From Flavobacteriaceae bacterium (GTDB lineage: Bacteria > Bacteroidota > Bacteroidia > Flavobacteriales > Flavobacteriaceae), in the NCBI GenBank assembly GCA_021647985.1, contig JAKITQ010000004.1, forward strand, positions 24,975 to 88,974: a stretch of DNA of 64,000 nt. The letters are read 5' to 3'. Each line of letters starts with the position of its first letter. Position 1 is the first letter of the stretch. The notes beneath the pieces were generated by a model. That model searched no databases and had not been told where the DNA came from. It saw only the letters and a list, made by a program, of their open reading frames with translations. Of this stretch, positions 1 through 10,560 are shown one piece after another. Made by a program: the position numbers and the translations under genes.

Positions 1-2099
1 TTTATAGCAACATCTTCACGAACACCCGTAAGTAATTCATTGAATCGCAATTCTACGGGTTGGGTAAAAATAAAATTTACACCGGCAATTACTTTTAATT
101 TATCTTGAATTTTCTCTATCAATTCCTCTTTTGTCTTTGCCGACGTCCATTTATCTATATCTTTTTCTAAAATGATAAAAGTATCTGCGATATCCATTGG
201 CATGGGATCGGTTGGAATTTCAGAAACTCCAATTCTACTCACCATGGTGATCACTTCTGGGAAATTTTTAATAACAATTTTTTCAACTTCCTCAGAAACC
301 ATAATCGATTCCGATAAGGATGCTCCCGGTTTCATAATAATTTGCATGGCTATATCTCCTTCATCTAATTTTGGTATAAATTCTCCTCCCATTCTTGAAA
401 ACACAATTCCAGCAACTATAAAAAGAAGTACAGCTATTCCAATAACAATAGCTTTAAATTTTAAAGCACCTATTATTAAAGGTTTATATATGTTATAAAT
501 CCCTCTCATCAATTTATCACTAAATTTTGTCAACCAATTTTCAAGAGAAACTATAGCGTTTTTCTTACTGGCTGGTGATGGTTTTAAAAATATGGAAGCC
601 ATAACTGGTACATAGGTCAAACCTAATATTAATGCCCCCAACACTGCAAAACCAAATGTAAATGCCATTGGTTTAAACATTTTACCTTCAACACCTGTTA
701 AAAATAATATTGGTGTAAACACAATTAAAATGATTAGCTGACCAAAAAACGCCGAATTCATCATCATACTACTCGATTTGTAGGTGAGTTCGTCCATTTC
801 TTCTGTAGTAAAATCTGCTTTATTCTTTTTTAACCGCTCTTGAATATGATGTACTGTTCCTTCTACAATAATAACAGCTCCATCTACAATAATTCCAAAA
901 TCAATGGCGCCTAACGACATTAAGTTTGCCCATACACCGGTAAATTTCATCAAGATAAAAGCAAATAATAATGATAAAGGTATAATTGAAGCTGTTAATA
1001 AGCCACCTCTTAAACTACCCAATAAAAAAACCAAAACAAATATTACAATTAACGCGCCTTCAATTAAGTTTTTTGAAACTGTACTTGTTGTACGAGCTAT
1101 CAAATCACTTTGGTCTAAAAATGGTTTAATTTCTAGGCCTTCCGGTAAAGATTTTTGAATTTCAGCAATTCTAACTTGTACATTTTTAATAACTTCATTC
1201 GGGTTTTCACCTTTTAGCATCAATATTTGTCCACCAACAGATTCTTTACCATCTACAGTAAAAGCTCCATATCTAATCGCAGATCCAAAACGTACTTCAT
1301 CTGCAACATCTTTAATTAAAACCGGAATATTATTATTGTTCTTAATTACAATATTATTGATGTCTTCTTTTGTACGAGCTAATCCTTCACCTCGAATAAA
1401 GTTGGCTTGGTGGTTTTTTTCAATATAGGCACCACCCGTATTGGAATTGTTTTGTTCTAAAGCTTCAAAAACTTCATTGATACTAACCCCCATACTATTT
1501 AGACGATTTGGGTTTAATGCAATTTCATATTGTTTTACATTTCCTCCAAATGAATTTACTTCAACAACACCAGGTACAAGTGCCATTTGTCTTGTAACAA
1601 TCCAATCTTGAATAGTTCGCAATTCTGTAGGTGAATATTTATCTTCATATCCCTTTTTTGGAACTAGTGAGTATTGATAAATTTCACCTAAACCAGTTGC
1701 AATTGGTGCCATAAACGGCTTTCCAAAGCCTTGAGGTATATCTTCTTTTATGTCGGTAAGTTTTTCTTGTACCAATTGCCTGGGTAAATAGGTACCCATT
1801 TCGTCTTTAAAAACAATGGTTACAACCGATAACCCGAATCTTGACACAGATCGCAGTTCAATTACACTTGGTAAGTTTGCTACGGCAAGTTCTATTGGGT
1901 AGGTTATAAATTGTTCTATATCTTGTGTTCCAAGATTTGGTGCAACGGTAATTACTTGTACTTGATTGTTTGTAATATCGGGTACAGAACCTAATTTTAT
2001 GGTCATCATAGAATAAATTCCGGTACCGATAAGTACTAGAACAAATAAACCAATAATAAATTTGTGATTTATTGAGTAGCGAATGATCTTATCTATCAT
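1..2099 (-). CDS. CusA/CzcA family heavy-metal efflux RND transporter (runs off the left edge; C-terminus missing)
   Basis: Not in the ORF track. Manual minus-strand translation from ATG at 2099: MIDKIIRYSINHKFIIGLF...SVPDITNNQVQVITVAPNLGTQDIEQFITYPIELAVANLP..., with later ANLMSLGAIDFGIIVDGAVIIVE and EGKMFKPMAFT, typical HME-RND motifs. Confidence 0.92.
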   Translation of the reverse strand, partial: MIDKIIRYSINHKFIIGLFVLVLIGTGIYSMMTIKLGSVPDITNNQVQVITVAPNLGTQDIEQFITYPIELAVANLPSVIELRSVSRFGLSVVTIVFKDEMGTYLPRQLVQEKLTDIKEDIPQGFGKPFMAPIATGLGEIYQYSLVPKKGYEDKYSPTELRTIQDWIVTRQMALVPGVVEVNSFGGNVKQYEIALNPNRLNSMGVSINEVFEALEQNNSNTGGAYIEKNHQANFIRGEGLARTKEDINNIVIKNNNNIPVLIKDVADEVRFGSAIRYGAFTVDGKESVGGQILMLKGENPNEVIKNVQVRIAEIQKSLPEGLEIKPFLDQSDLIARTTSTVSKNLIEGALIVIFVLVFLLGSLRGGLLTASIIPLSLLFAFILMKFTGVWANLMSLGAIDFGIIVDGAVIIVEGTVHHIQERLKKNKADFTTEEMDELTYKSSSMMMNSAFFGQLIILIVFTPILFLTGVEGKMFKPMAFTFGFAVLGALILGLTYVPVMASIFLKPSPASKKNAIVSLENWLTKFSDKLMRGIYNIYKPLIIGALKFKAIVIGIAVLLFIVAGIVFSRMGGEFIPKLDEGDIAMQIIMKPGASLSESIMVSEEVEKIVIKNFPEVITMVSRIGVSEIPTDPMPMDIADTFIILEKDIDKWTSAKTKEELIEKIQDKLKVIAGVNFIFTQPVELRFNELLTGVREDVAI

Positions 2100-2209
2100 T
2101 TTACTTTGTTTAAGATTAAAAATATTATTTATTAAATACTTATTATTCTAACAATTTGAATAACAAATGTTTATGTTAGTTTGTCTAACAGAGAAATAAT
2201 GGAATAAGC

Positions 2210-2521
2210 TTAAACTTTAGGGGGTTGAAATATGCGATCTAAATAATCACTGGAATAAGAAAATGTATAAAAAGAATTTATTTCATTATGAAATGTATCT
2301 GAAATTATCGATTCTTGATTAAATACTTCTTCAACCACAATACTTGCACAACAAACGCAAGTACAAAATGGAGAACAAAGGTCTCCTATACTGTGATCAT
2401 CATCTTGAAAGTCACTATGAATTTCAGTAAATCTATCATTCAATATTGAAATTTCATCATCACATGGCAATGCAGACATTGTCATGGTAAAAAGCGATAA
2501 TAAAATGGCAAGGTATTTCAT
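2210..2521 (-). CDS. Small Cys/His-rich protein (DUF6660-like) typically found upstream of Bacteroidota CusA genes
   Basis: Signal peptide, PCDD, HSD..DDH, CSPFCTCVCC and C-terminal IFQPPK. ATG at 2521 preferred to the track's TTG at 2533 because a TAnnTTTG promoter motif (2531-2538) overlaps the TTG. Confidence 0.8.
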   Translation of the reverse strand: MKYLAILLSLFTMTMSALPCDDEISILNDRFTEIHSDFQDDDHSIGDLCSPFCTCVCCASIVVEEVFNQESIISDTFHNEINSFYTFSYSSDYLDRIFQPPKV

Positions 2522-2868
2522 AATTCTTGGCAAAAATAAACAAATTATAATTGCAACCGTAGTGCAAAACTAAATTAATTTAGAATTTTATTTTTTTATA
2601 CATATAAAATTGAACGATTAAATCTTGTAATTATTATATTGTGATGGTTTGTAGGGTATAAGATGTATCGATATTAATACAGAAAAATTTAAAGATTAAA
2701 TCTCATCCTTCAGCTGACGAACTGGCCTCAATAATTGAAATAGACCCTAACATTTAATTTATTGATACTATTAATTTAAAGTTAGTTACACAACAATACC
2801 AAGGCTCGATAACTTACTGGTATTCATGTATTTAATTAATAATTCAGCATTTATAACTCAAAAATAGT

Positions 2869-4485
2869 CTATAAAGACACGCCTCTTCTCCAAGGAATAA
2901 AATCATCTTGACCTAATAAAGTAGCCTTTGTTTTTGTTTTTCCACTGGCAACATCAATAATAAGATCTAACAATTTATCGGCCATTTCTTCAATTGATTT
3001 TTTTCCTTTAATAATTTCACCTGTATCAAAATCGATAATATCCGGCATCGCTTCAGCCAATTCTGTATTGGATGAAACTTTTATAATTGGGGCAATCGGA
3101 TTACCTGTTGGTGTACCCAAACCGGTAGTAAATAAAACCAAGTTAGCACCTGAACCTACCATTGCAGTAGTACTCTCTACATCATTTCCTGGGGTACAAA
3201 GTAAATTCAAACCCGATTTTGATAAATATTCACCGTAATCCAATACATCTACAACAGGCGAAGTACCACCTTTTTTAGCGGCTCCTGCAGATTTCATGGC
3301 ATCGGTAATCAAACCGTCTTTGATATTACCCGGTGATGGGTTCATATCAAATCCTGATCCAGCATCGACAACGGTTTTTTCGTAAGCTTGCATCAGAGAA
3401 ATAAATTTTTTCGCAGCCTTATCATTCGTACACCTGTTTATTAACTCTTGTTCTACACCGCATAGTTCAGGGAATTCTGAAAGCACTGCAGTACCACCCA
3501 TTGCCACAATCATATCAGAAACTTGACCCAGTGTTGGATTCGCAGATATACCTGAAAAACCATCCGAACCACCACATTCTAAGCCTATTTTCAATTTGGA
3601 TAAAGGAGCTGGTTTTCTCGAAATTTTATTCGCTTTTTTAATTTGTTCAAAGGTATCTTTAATAATCATACCCAACATTTTATCTACTTTACCAATTTTT
3701 TGTTGTTCATAAATTAAAACAGGTTTCATTAAGCTAGGGTTGATCTTTAACAAGGCCTTATTAAACATTTCAATTTGTAAGTTTTGACAGCCCAAACTTA
3801 AAACCGTGGCACCTGCAACATTCGGATTGTTTACATAGCCTGCTAATAATTTGGCCAATGACTCTGCATCCTGACGAATAGAGCCACAACCTCCTTGATG
3901 CGTAATAAATTTAACTTTAATGTTGTTGAGGGTTGCTTTCGGATTTTTAATTTCTTCAATAGCAATATCTTTACTTTTATCATTAACCAAAGATCTTAAT
4001 AACAATTGGTGTTGGTCAATTTTTTTGGGTTGCAATTCTTTTTCAAAAACTTCTTTAAGCAAGGTAATATTTCTATTCTCACAAAATACCAATGGAAAAA
4101 ACAACCAAATATTCTCTGTTCCAACTTGCCCATCTTCTCTGTGATAACCTAAAAAATGCTTCTCCGTCCATTTTTTTACATCTGGAGCTATCCAGGAATC
4201 CTTTTTTATTGTATCCTTAATTTTTGCACTCTGGTGTTTTAAATTTTCTGTAGTAAGCAAAGTTCCCTTTTTAATTTCAGTTACTGCTTTACCTATTAAT
4301 ACACCATACATTAAAATAGCATCATCTTTTGCAAAATTTAGTAAAGCTACCTTATGTTTGGCTTTTATTTTAGAAAATATTTCGATCTCATCTCCTTCAA
4401 AATCGATCATAGCTCCAGCATTTAAATTTACTAGTGCCACTGCTACATTATCTTGTGGATGTATTCTTAATATTTGATTTTGCAT
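2869..4485 (-). CDS. uxaA: Altronate dehydratase (UxaA family)
   Basis: N-terminal SAF domain (DNVAVAL...HKVAL), HQGGCG, LGCQ, ECGGSDGFSGISANP, TTGLGTPTGNPIAP. Confidence 0.93.
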   Translation of the reverse strand: MQNQILRIHPQDNVAVALVNLNAGAMIDFEGDEIEIFSKIKAKHKVALLNFAKDDAILMYGVLIGKAVTEIKKGTLLTTENLKHQSAKIKDTIKKDSWIAPDVKKWTEKHFLGYHREDGQVGTENIWLFFPLVFCENRNITLLKEVFEKELQPKKIDQHQLLLRSLVNDKSKDIAIEEIKNPKATLNNIKVKFITHQGGCGSIRQDAESLAKLLAGYVNNPNVAGATVLSLGCQNLQIEMFNKALLKINPSLMKPVLIYEQQKIGKVDKMLGMIIKDTFEQIKKANKISRKPAPLSKLKIGLECGGSDGFSGISANPTLGQVSDMIVAMGGTAVLSEFPELCGVEQELINRCTNDKAAKKFISLMQAYEKTVVDAGSGFDMNPSPGNIKDGLITDAMKSAGAAKKGGTSPVVDVLDYGEYLSKSGLNLLCTPGNDVESTTAMVGSGANLVLFTTGLGTPTGNPIAPIIKVSSNTELAEAMPDIIDFDTGEIIKGKKSIEEMADKLLDLIIDVASGKTKTKATLLGQDDFIPWRRGVSL

Positions 4486-4494
4486 AAATATATT

Positions 4495-5943
4495 TTAAAG
4501 TTGATTCTTGCTAAAATTCATAAAACCTTGTTCTACACCATTAATTTCAATTTCTTCTAAGGCATGAGCAATAGTTTTTGTCAATGATTCTATTAAGGAT
4601 AAATCTTGTTCCCAAAATTCTTTATTTTTCAAAACAACCTCTGCAATTTGTTGATAATCATTAATTTCCCAAATGGAATCAAAGGTTTTAATTATTGCAT
4701 CGTTATCATTAATAGGTAATTTCTTATTATGCCATGTTCCTTTATAAAACCTTATTAAACAGGCAAAAGAAAATGTTAAATGCAATGGTAATTTATTATA
4801 TATTTGAATATATTCCAATAAACTTGGTAAAACCCTCACCTTAAATTTTGATATAGAGTTCAATGCGATACTTGCTAATTGGTGCTTTATAAATGGGTTT
4901 TTAAAACGATCAAAAACCTCTTTAGTAAAGTCGGTTAATTCACTAGTATCCATATCCAAGGTGCTAACTATCTCATCAAAAACTGCTTTATGCATAAAGC
5001 TTCCGGTAAAATCATTTTCAATAGTTTCTCTTACTGTTTCATTACCATATAATAATGAAAAAGGTACCATGGTAGTATGTGCACCGTTTAATATACGAAC
5101 TTTTCTGGTTCGGTAAGGTTGCATATCATTTACTATTTTTACCTGCAAGGAAGTTTTGTGAAAAGGTAATTTATTCTTCAATTCATCACCCCCTTCAATT
5201 ACCCATAAAAAAAATGGTTCTGCCGTTACGATAAGATTGTCTTTATAATCCAGTTGTGCATTATATACCTCAATTTGATCTCTTGGAAAACCTGGTACTA
5301 TTCTATCTACTAGTGTGTTATGAAATTGGTTATGCATTAAAAGCCAATTTTTAAAATCAGCTCCTAAATTCCAATCGTCAATATATTTTAAAATAATCTC
5401 TTTTAACTTATCGGAATTATAATTAATCAATTCACATGGTATTATTGATAACCCTTTCTTAGAATCACCATTAAAATACTTATATCTTTCATGTAATAAT
5501 AGCGTTAGTTTTGCCGGAAAAGAACTTGGAGGCGACATTTTGGGCTTGTCTGATACTACATAAGTAATTCCGGCTTCTGTAGTATTGGAAATGATAAATT
5601 CTAATTCTTTTTCTTTGGCTAAACTTAAATAATCAGCAAAGTTTGTATAAGGGTTAATCCCTTTAACAATGTTGGTAATAAGTTCTTTATCTTGTATTTC
5701 CTCTCCTTCTTTAATTCCTTTCATAAACAAAGTATACAAACCATCTTGATCATTTAGCATATTTATCATTCCGTTTTCTATGGGTTGTACAACGGCAATA
5801 CCAGCCTGGAAATTAACTTCTTTATTCAATTGCTGAAAAGCGTAATCAACAAAAGCCCTTAAAAAATTACCTTCACCAAATTGAACAATTTTTATTGGTA
5901 ATTTTATTTCTAAATCAAGGTTCTTTCTATTTAATTTTTTCAT
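4495..5943 (-). CDS. uxaB: Tagaturonate reductase (altronate oxidoreductase)
   Basis: QFGEGNFLRAFVD, SNTTEAGI, PCELI, LVDRIVPG, KVRILNGAHT; adjacent to uxaA. Confidence 0.93.
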   Translation of the reverse strand: MKKLNRKNLDLEIKLPIKIVQFGEGNFLRAFVDYAFQQLNKEVNFQAGIAVVQPIENGMINMLNDQDGLYTLFMKGIKEGEEIQDKELITNIVKGINPYTNFADYLSLAKEKELEFIISNTTEAGITYVVSDKPKMSPPSSFPAKLTLLLHERYKYFNGDSKKGLSIIPCELINYNSDKLKEIILKYIDDWNLGADFKNWLLMHNQFHNTLVDRIVPGFPRDQIEVYNAQLDYKDNLIVTAEPFFLWVIEGGDELKNKLPFHKTSLQVKIVNDMQPYRTRKVRILNGAHTTMVPFSLLYGNETVRETIENDFTGSFMHKAVFDEIVSTLDMDTSELTDFTKEVFDRFKNPFIKHQLASIALNSISKFKVRVLPSLLEYIQIYNKLPLHLTFSFACLIRFYKGTWHNKKLPINDNDAIIKTFDSIWEINDYQQIAEVVLKNKEFWEQDLSLIESLTKTIAHALEEIEINGVEQGFMNFSKNQL

Positions 5944-6017
5944 GTGTCAAAATTAGGCATGCTTGTTTCATCTACTTTTTAATATTTTACAAATACCCTA
6001 AATTAAAATTATGACAA

Positions 6018-7316
6018 CTATAGATCGAATAAGCTTGGCAACCACAAACTTAATTGTGGAAAATAGGTTACTAAAAATAAAGCCAGAATCATTACCAAAA
6101 AGAGTGGAATTAAGGGTTTAATAACTTTTTGTATGGTTGTTTTTGCAATACCTACACCCACAAATAAAACAGAACCAACAGGGGGTGTTGTCAACCCAAT
6201 ACAAAGGTTTAACACCATAATAATTCCGAAATGAATCGGATCCATCCCTAATTTAGTTACCACTGGTAAAAATATAGGTGTAAATATGAGTACAGCAGGA
6301 GTCATATCCATAAATATACCAATAAAAAGAAGTATTAAGTTGATAATCAATAGTATTACAATTTTATTGTCACTAACTTGCAATAATACATCACTTATAT
6401 TTTGAGGAATATTTTCATAAGACATTACCCAAGACATGCTCATAGAAGCACCAATAAGCAACATAACTATTGCTGTTGTTGCAGAAGAATCTAATAATAT
6501 TTGCGGTAAATTTTTTGTACTAATTTCTTTATAGATAAAACCTAAAATTAATGTGTATAAAACTGCTATAGCTGAAGCTTCCGTAGCAGTAAATATGCCC
6601 GTTACAATTCCTCCAATTACCACCACGAGTAAAAATAAACTTGGTATGGCATCAATAAAGGTTTTAAAAACTTGTTTTAACGAACTTCTCTCTCCTAGTT
6701 TATATCCTTTTTTCTTGGCCCATAAAGATGCTACTATCATTAAAAATAAACCCGTTAATATACCAGGAATATAACCGGCTAAAAATAATGCAGCAATAGA
6801 AACTCCTCCGCTGGCAAGCGAATAAACTATTAAAACATTACTAGGTGGAATTACCAAACCAACAGTTGCTGAAGTAATATTAACCGCTGCACCAAATTCT
6901 TTTGAATAACCTTCTTTTTCCATTTCCGGACCTAAAATACTCCCCATTGCAGAGGCTGAGGCCATTGCCGATCCAGCGATAGAACCCATAAGCATTGCTC
7001 CTATCACATTAATCAAAGCCAATCCACCTGGTAAAGAACCTACCAAGGTTTTGGCAAAAGCGATAAGTCGATGCGCAATACCTCCTTTATTCATTAATTG
7101 ACCCGAGAGTACAAAAAACGGAATCGCCAATAATGCAAAACTATCCAATCCTGTAGCCATTCGTTGTGAAATGGTGGTAAGTGCTGGTAATGTAGGTATG
7201 CTTACAAGCATAGTTAATAAAGATGAAATGGCAATACTCCAAGCTACTGGCGTGCCAATGGCTAATAAAAATATAAAACTGACTACTAATACAATTACGG
7301 GTATATATTCCATCAT
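6018..7316 (-). CDS. TRAP transporter large permease (DctM)
   Basis: LLAIPFF, IPPS, SIAALF, TATEA, DPIHFG, TPPVG motifs; highly hydrophobic. Confidence 0.93.
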   Translation of the reverse strand: MMEYIPVIVLVVSFIFLLAIGTPVAWSIAISSLLTMLVSIPTLPALTTISQRMATGLDSFALLAIPFFVLSGQLMNKGGIAHRLIAFAKTLVGSLPGGLALINVIGAMLMGSIAGSAMASASAMGSILGPEMEKEGYSKEFGAAVNITSATVGLVIPPSNVLIVYSLASGGVSIAALFLAGYIPGILTGLFLMIVASLWAKKKGYKLGERSSLKQVFKTFIDAIPSLFLLVVVIGGIVTGIFTATEASAIAVLYTLILGFIYKEISTKNLPQILLDSSATTAIVMLLIGASMSMSWVMSYENIPQNISDVLLQVSDNKIVILLIINLILLFIGIFMDMTPAVLIFTPIFLPVVTKLGMDPIHFGIIMVLNLCIGLTTPPVGSVLFVGVGIAKTTIQKVIKPLIPLFLVMILALFLVTYFPQLSLWLPSLFDL

Positions 7317-7318
7317 AA

Positions 7319-7777
7319 CTATTTATTTAACATATCAGAGAATTTATAATAAATTATTAATGATCCGCTTATAGGCAACACCATATAAACTACAGCAAGA
7401 GGAATTTGCAACGAAGGTGAGGTTTGATCTAATATAAAAGTAATATATACCAATCTAAGTCCACCAATTACCAAAGCCGTTAAAACAAATACAATGATTA
7501 ATAAATTAACAAACAATGTTATTTTTTTTTGAGTTGCTTGACTAAATTTTTCAGGTAATACATTAATAGCAACATGCATATTTTTACCAGATACATATGC
7601 TGCACCAAGCACACCAATCCATATCATTAAATATCTAGCCAATTCATCGGTAAAAGAACTAGGATCTTCCATAACATATCTTGTAAATACTTGCCATAAT
7701 ACATTAACAACCATAATTGACATGATCACTATTAAGGCATTAGCAAGAATTTTATCTATCTTATCTCGAAGTGTCAT
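7319..7777 (-). CDS. TRAP transporter small permease (DctQ)
   Basis: Four TM segments, QVFTRY...ELARYLMIW...H motif; lies between DctP and DctM. Confidence 0.92.
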   Translation of the reverse strand: MTLRDKIDKILANALIVIMSIMVVNVLWQVFTRYVMEDPSSFTDELARYLMIWIGVLGAAYVSGKNMHVAINVLPEKFSQATQKKITLFVNLLIIVFVLTALVIGGLRLVYITFILDQTSPSLQIPLAVVYMVLPISGSLIIYYKFSDMLNK

Positions 7778-7779
7778 GT

Positions 7780-8763
7780 TTATTTGGTGTTTTTAATTTG
7801 TTGAATTAATTGATACATTTCCTTATCATTTTTATATTGATCATAGATACTTGCTACTTTATCAGAAAACAAAGTTTTATCTGGCCTCGTAATTATAACT
7901 CCCGCTTTTTGAACTTCTGCCAAAGCTTCTGCTTCTGCTTCTGCCCATAATTTTCGTTGATATATTACTGAATTATCTACGGCTTGTTGTAACCATTCTT
8001 GTTCTTCTTCAGAGAGTCTATTCCATATATGAGTACCAATAATTAGTACATCTGGCAAAACGGTATGCTCATCTAATGAATAATATTTGCAAACTTCATA
8101 ATGCCGAGACAAATAAAAACTTGGAGGGTTATTTTCTGCGCCATCCACAACTCCTTGTTGTAAAGAGGTATAGAGTTCTCCCCATGAAATTGGCGTTGGA
8201 GAACCACCTAAACTTCTAACCATATCCATTGCTGTTACGCTCTCCATAACTCTTATTTTCATTCCAACAAGATCTTCGGGAGATTTGATAGGTTTATCTT
8301 TGGTATAAAAGCTTCTGCTTCCGGCATCATAATAACCCAAGCCTTTTAACCAATATTTTTCTCCACCATCTAAAAGTTCTTTGCCTATAGGTCCATCGAG
8401 AACCTGAAATGAATGTTTTCTATCTCTGAATAAAAATGGAAGTCCGAAAATTTTCATTTTAGGAGCAAAGTTTTCCATAACACCAGCGGAAACTTTTGTC
8501 ATATCCAAACTCCCAATTTGTAAGAGTTCTAAACATTGTCGTTCAGTTCCTAACTGTTGACTTGGGTAAACCTCTAATAGTAATTTTCCGCCGGAGAGTT
8601 TTTTCATATCCTCACCCATTTTTACCATAGCCTTGTGTACTGAATGGTTTACATCCAGACCATGAGCTAATTTTATAGTTCTATGTTTTTCAGTTTGATT
8701 GCAACTTGTAAGTAGCATCATACCAAATAATAAAAATGAAAATAAGATAAGTTGCCGTTTCAT
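7780..8763 (-). CDS. TRAP substrate-binding lipoprotein (DctP), probably for hexuronates
   Basis: Lipobox LTSC, YPSQQLG, GMKIRV, ELYTSLQQGVVDGAEN; located in the hexuronate operon. Confidence 0.92.
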   Translation of the reverse strand: MKRQLILFSFLLFGMMLLTSCNQTEKHRTIKLAHGLDVNHSVHKAMVKMGEDMKKLSGGKLLLEVYPSQQLGTERQCLELLQIGSLDMTKVSAGVMENFAPKMKIFGLPFLFRDRKHSFQVLDGPIGKELLDGGEKYWLKGLGYYDAGSRSFYTKDKPIKSPEDLVGMKIRVMESVTAMDMVRSLGGSPTPISWGELYTSLQQGVVDGAENNPPSFYLSRHYEVCKYYSLDEHTVLPDVLIIGTHIWNRLSEEEQEWLQQAVDNSVIYQRKLWAEAEAEALAEVQKAGVIITRPDKTLFSDKVASIYDQYKNDKEMYQLIQQIKNTK

Positions 8764-8769
8764 GCCTTA

Positions 8770-9441
8770 CTATTTGTTTTGAATATTTTGAATAATTTTT
8801 ATAGCCTTTTGTACATTAATTTTTAAGGCATCAAAATCTTTATCTGCTATGATTTTTTTTGAAATTAATTGCGAACCCATTCCTACACAAGTAACTCCTG
8901 CATCAAACCAACCTTTTAAGTTTTCTACCGTAGGAGAAACTCCTCCTGTTGGCATAATACTTGTCCATGGTTGTGGGCCTTTAATGGCTTTTACAAAATT
9001 TGGACCGTAAATATCGCCTGGAAATAATTTTACTATTTCACAACCAAGTTCTTCTGCTTTTGCAATTTCTGTAAGCGTTCCACAGCCAGGTGACCACAAT
9101 ACCTTTCGTCTATTACAAACTATGGCAATATCTTCTCTTAGTACAGGAGTTACAATAAAATTCGCTCCTAATTGCATATAAAGTGATGCTGCCGCCGCAT
9201 CTGTTACTGAACCGACTCCCAATATCATACCGGGTAATTCTGCAATGGCATATTTATTTAATTTTCCGAAAATCTCAAATGCAAAATCACCCCTGCTTGT
9301 AAACTCCATCAAGCGAGCACCTCCATCATAACAAGCCTTTAAAACGCTTTTACTTAATTCAATATCCGCATGATAAAATAAAGGTACCAGGCCTGTTTCT
9401 TTCATCACCGATGCTACTTCTATTCTTGTAAATTGTGACAT
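8770..9441 (-). CDS. eda: KDPG/KHG aldolase
   Basis: EFTSR, GVGSV, GANFIVTP, VKLFPG, MPTGGV, VGMGS. Confidence 0.92.
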   Translation of the reverse strand: MSQFTRIEVASVMKETGLVPLFYHADIELSKSVLKACYDGGARLMEFTSRGDFAFEIFGKLNKYAIAELPGMILGVGSVTDAAAASLYMQLGANFIVTPVLREDIAIVCNRRKVLWSPGCGTLTEIAKAEELGCEIVKLFPGDIYGPNFVKAIKGPQPWTSIMPTGGVSPTVENLKGWFDAGVTCVGMGSQLISKKIIADKDFDALKINVQKAIKIIQNIQNK

Positions 9442-9509
9442 TTTTTTTATTATTTGTTGTTCGTTGATTGCTATTTGCTATTCGCTTTTAGCTTTTTGTA
9501 ATTACTGAT

Positions 9510-10550
9510 TTATCTCGCAACTCTACCAGAAGCATCACCACCCATTAATTTATTTACTTCTTCAACAGTAACCAAATTGGCATCACCTTTAATGGTGTGT
9601 TTTAAACAAGAAGCTGCTACAGCAAAATTTAAGGCATTTTGATCATCGTCTGGGTAAGTTTTTAATCCGTAAATCAAACCGCCCATAAATGAATCGCCAC
9701 CACCTACTCTATCTACAATATGCGTAATTTGATATTGTGGTGATTGTACCATTTTTACACCATCATACATTACTCCCGCCCAAGTATTATGTGAAGCTGA
9801 AATAGAACCTCTTAATGTTGTAATAACCTTTTTAGCTCTAGGGAATTTAGCCATCATTTGTTGACAAACAGATAAAAAAGCTTCTGCTTTTACATCGTGA
9901 CCTTGAGTAGTTATATCTAATCCTTCTGGTTTGATTCCGAAATGTTTTTCTGCATCTTCTTCATTACCTAAAATAATATCACAGTAAGATGTTAATTGAG
10001 TCATTATACCTTCTGGTTCTACACCATATTTCCACAGCTTGGCTCTGTAATTTAAATCGGTTGAAATGGTTATACCTAATTCACTGGCCACTTTTACTGC
10101 TTCCAAACAAACATCGGCAGCACTTTGAGAAATAGCTGGAGTAATTCCAGTCCAATGAAACCAATCTGCTCCTTCAAAAACTTTATGCCAATCGATCATT
10201 CCCGGTTTAATTTCGCTAATAGCGGAATGTGCTCTATCATATACAACTTTACTCCCACGAGAAACAGCACCAGTTTCTAAAAAATATATACCTAACCTAT
10301 CTCCACCAAAAATAATATTTTGGGTATTTACACCTCTTTTTCTCATCTCCATCAATGCACACTCTCCAATGTCATTTTTTGGTAATCGGGTAACGAAATC
10401 AACGGGGATACCATAATTTGCAAGAGAAACAGCAACATTTGATTCTCCTCCACCATAAACCACATCAAAACTATTGGTTTGAGAAAATCTTAAAAATTCG
10501 GGAGGTGATAAACGCATCATGATCTCTCCGAAAGTAACAACTTTTTTCAT
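9510..10550 (-). CDS. kdgK: 2-dehydro-3-deoxygluconokinase (PfkB family)
   Basis: FGEIMMRLSP, GGESNVAVSLA, DLNYRAKLW, DRVGGGDSF. Confidence 0.9.
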   Translation of the reverse strand: MKKVVTFGEIMMRLSPPEFLRFSQTNSFDVVYGGGESNVAVSLANYGIPVDFVTRLPKNDIGECALMEMRKRGVNTQNIIFGGDRLGIYFLETGAVSRGSKVVYDRAHSAISEIKPGMIDWHKVFEGADWFHWTGITPAISQSAADVCLEAVKVASELGITISTDLNYRAKLWKYGVEPEGIMTQLTSYCDIILGNEEDAEKHFGIKPEGLDITTQGHDVKAEAFLSVCQQMMAKFPRAKKVITTLRGSISASHNTWAGVMYDGVKMVQSPQYQITHIVDRVGGGDSFMGGLIYGLKTYPDDDQNALNFAVAASCLKHTIKGDANLVTVEEVNKLMGGDASGRVAR

Positions 10551-10560
10551 TCTTTATTTA

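Noticed and set aside
172-1158. Plus-strand ORFs 172-498 and 904-1158
   Set aside because: Antisense shadows of the minus-strand RND transporter.
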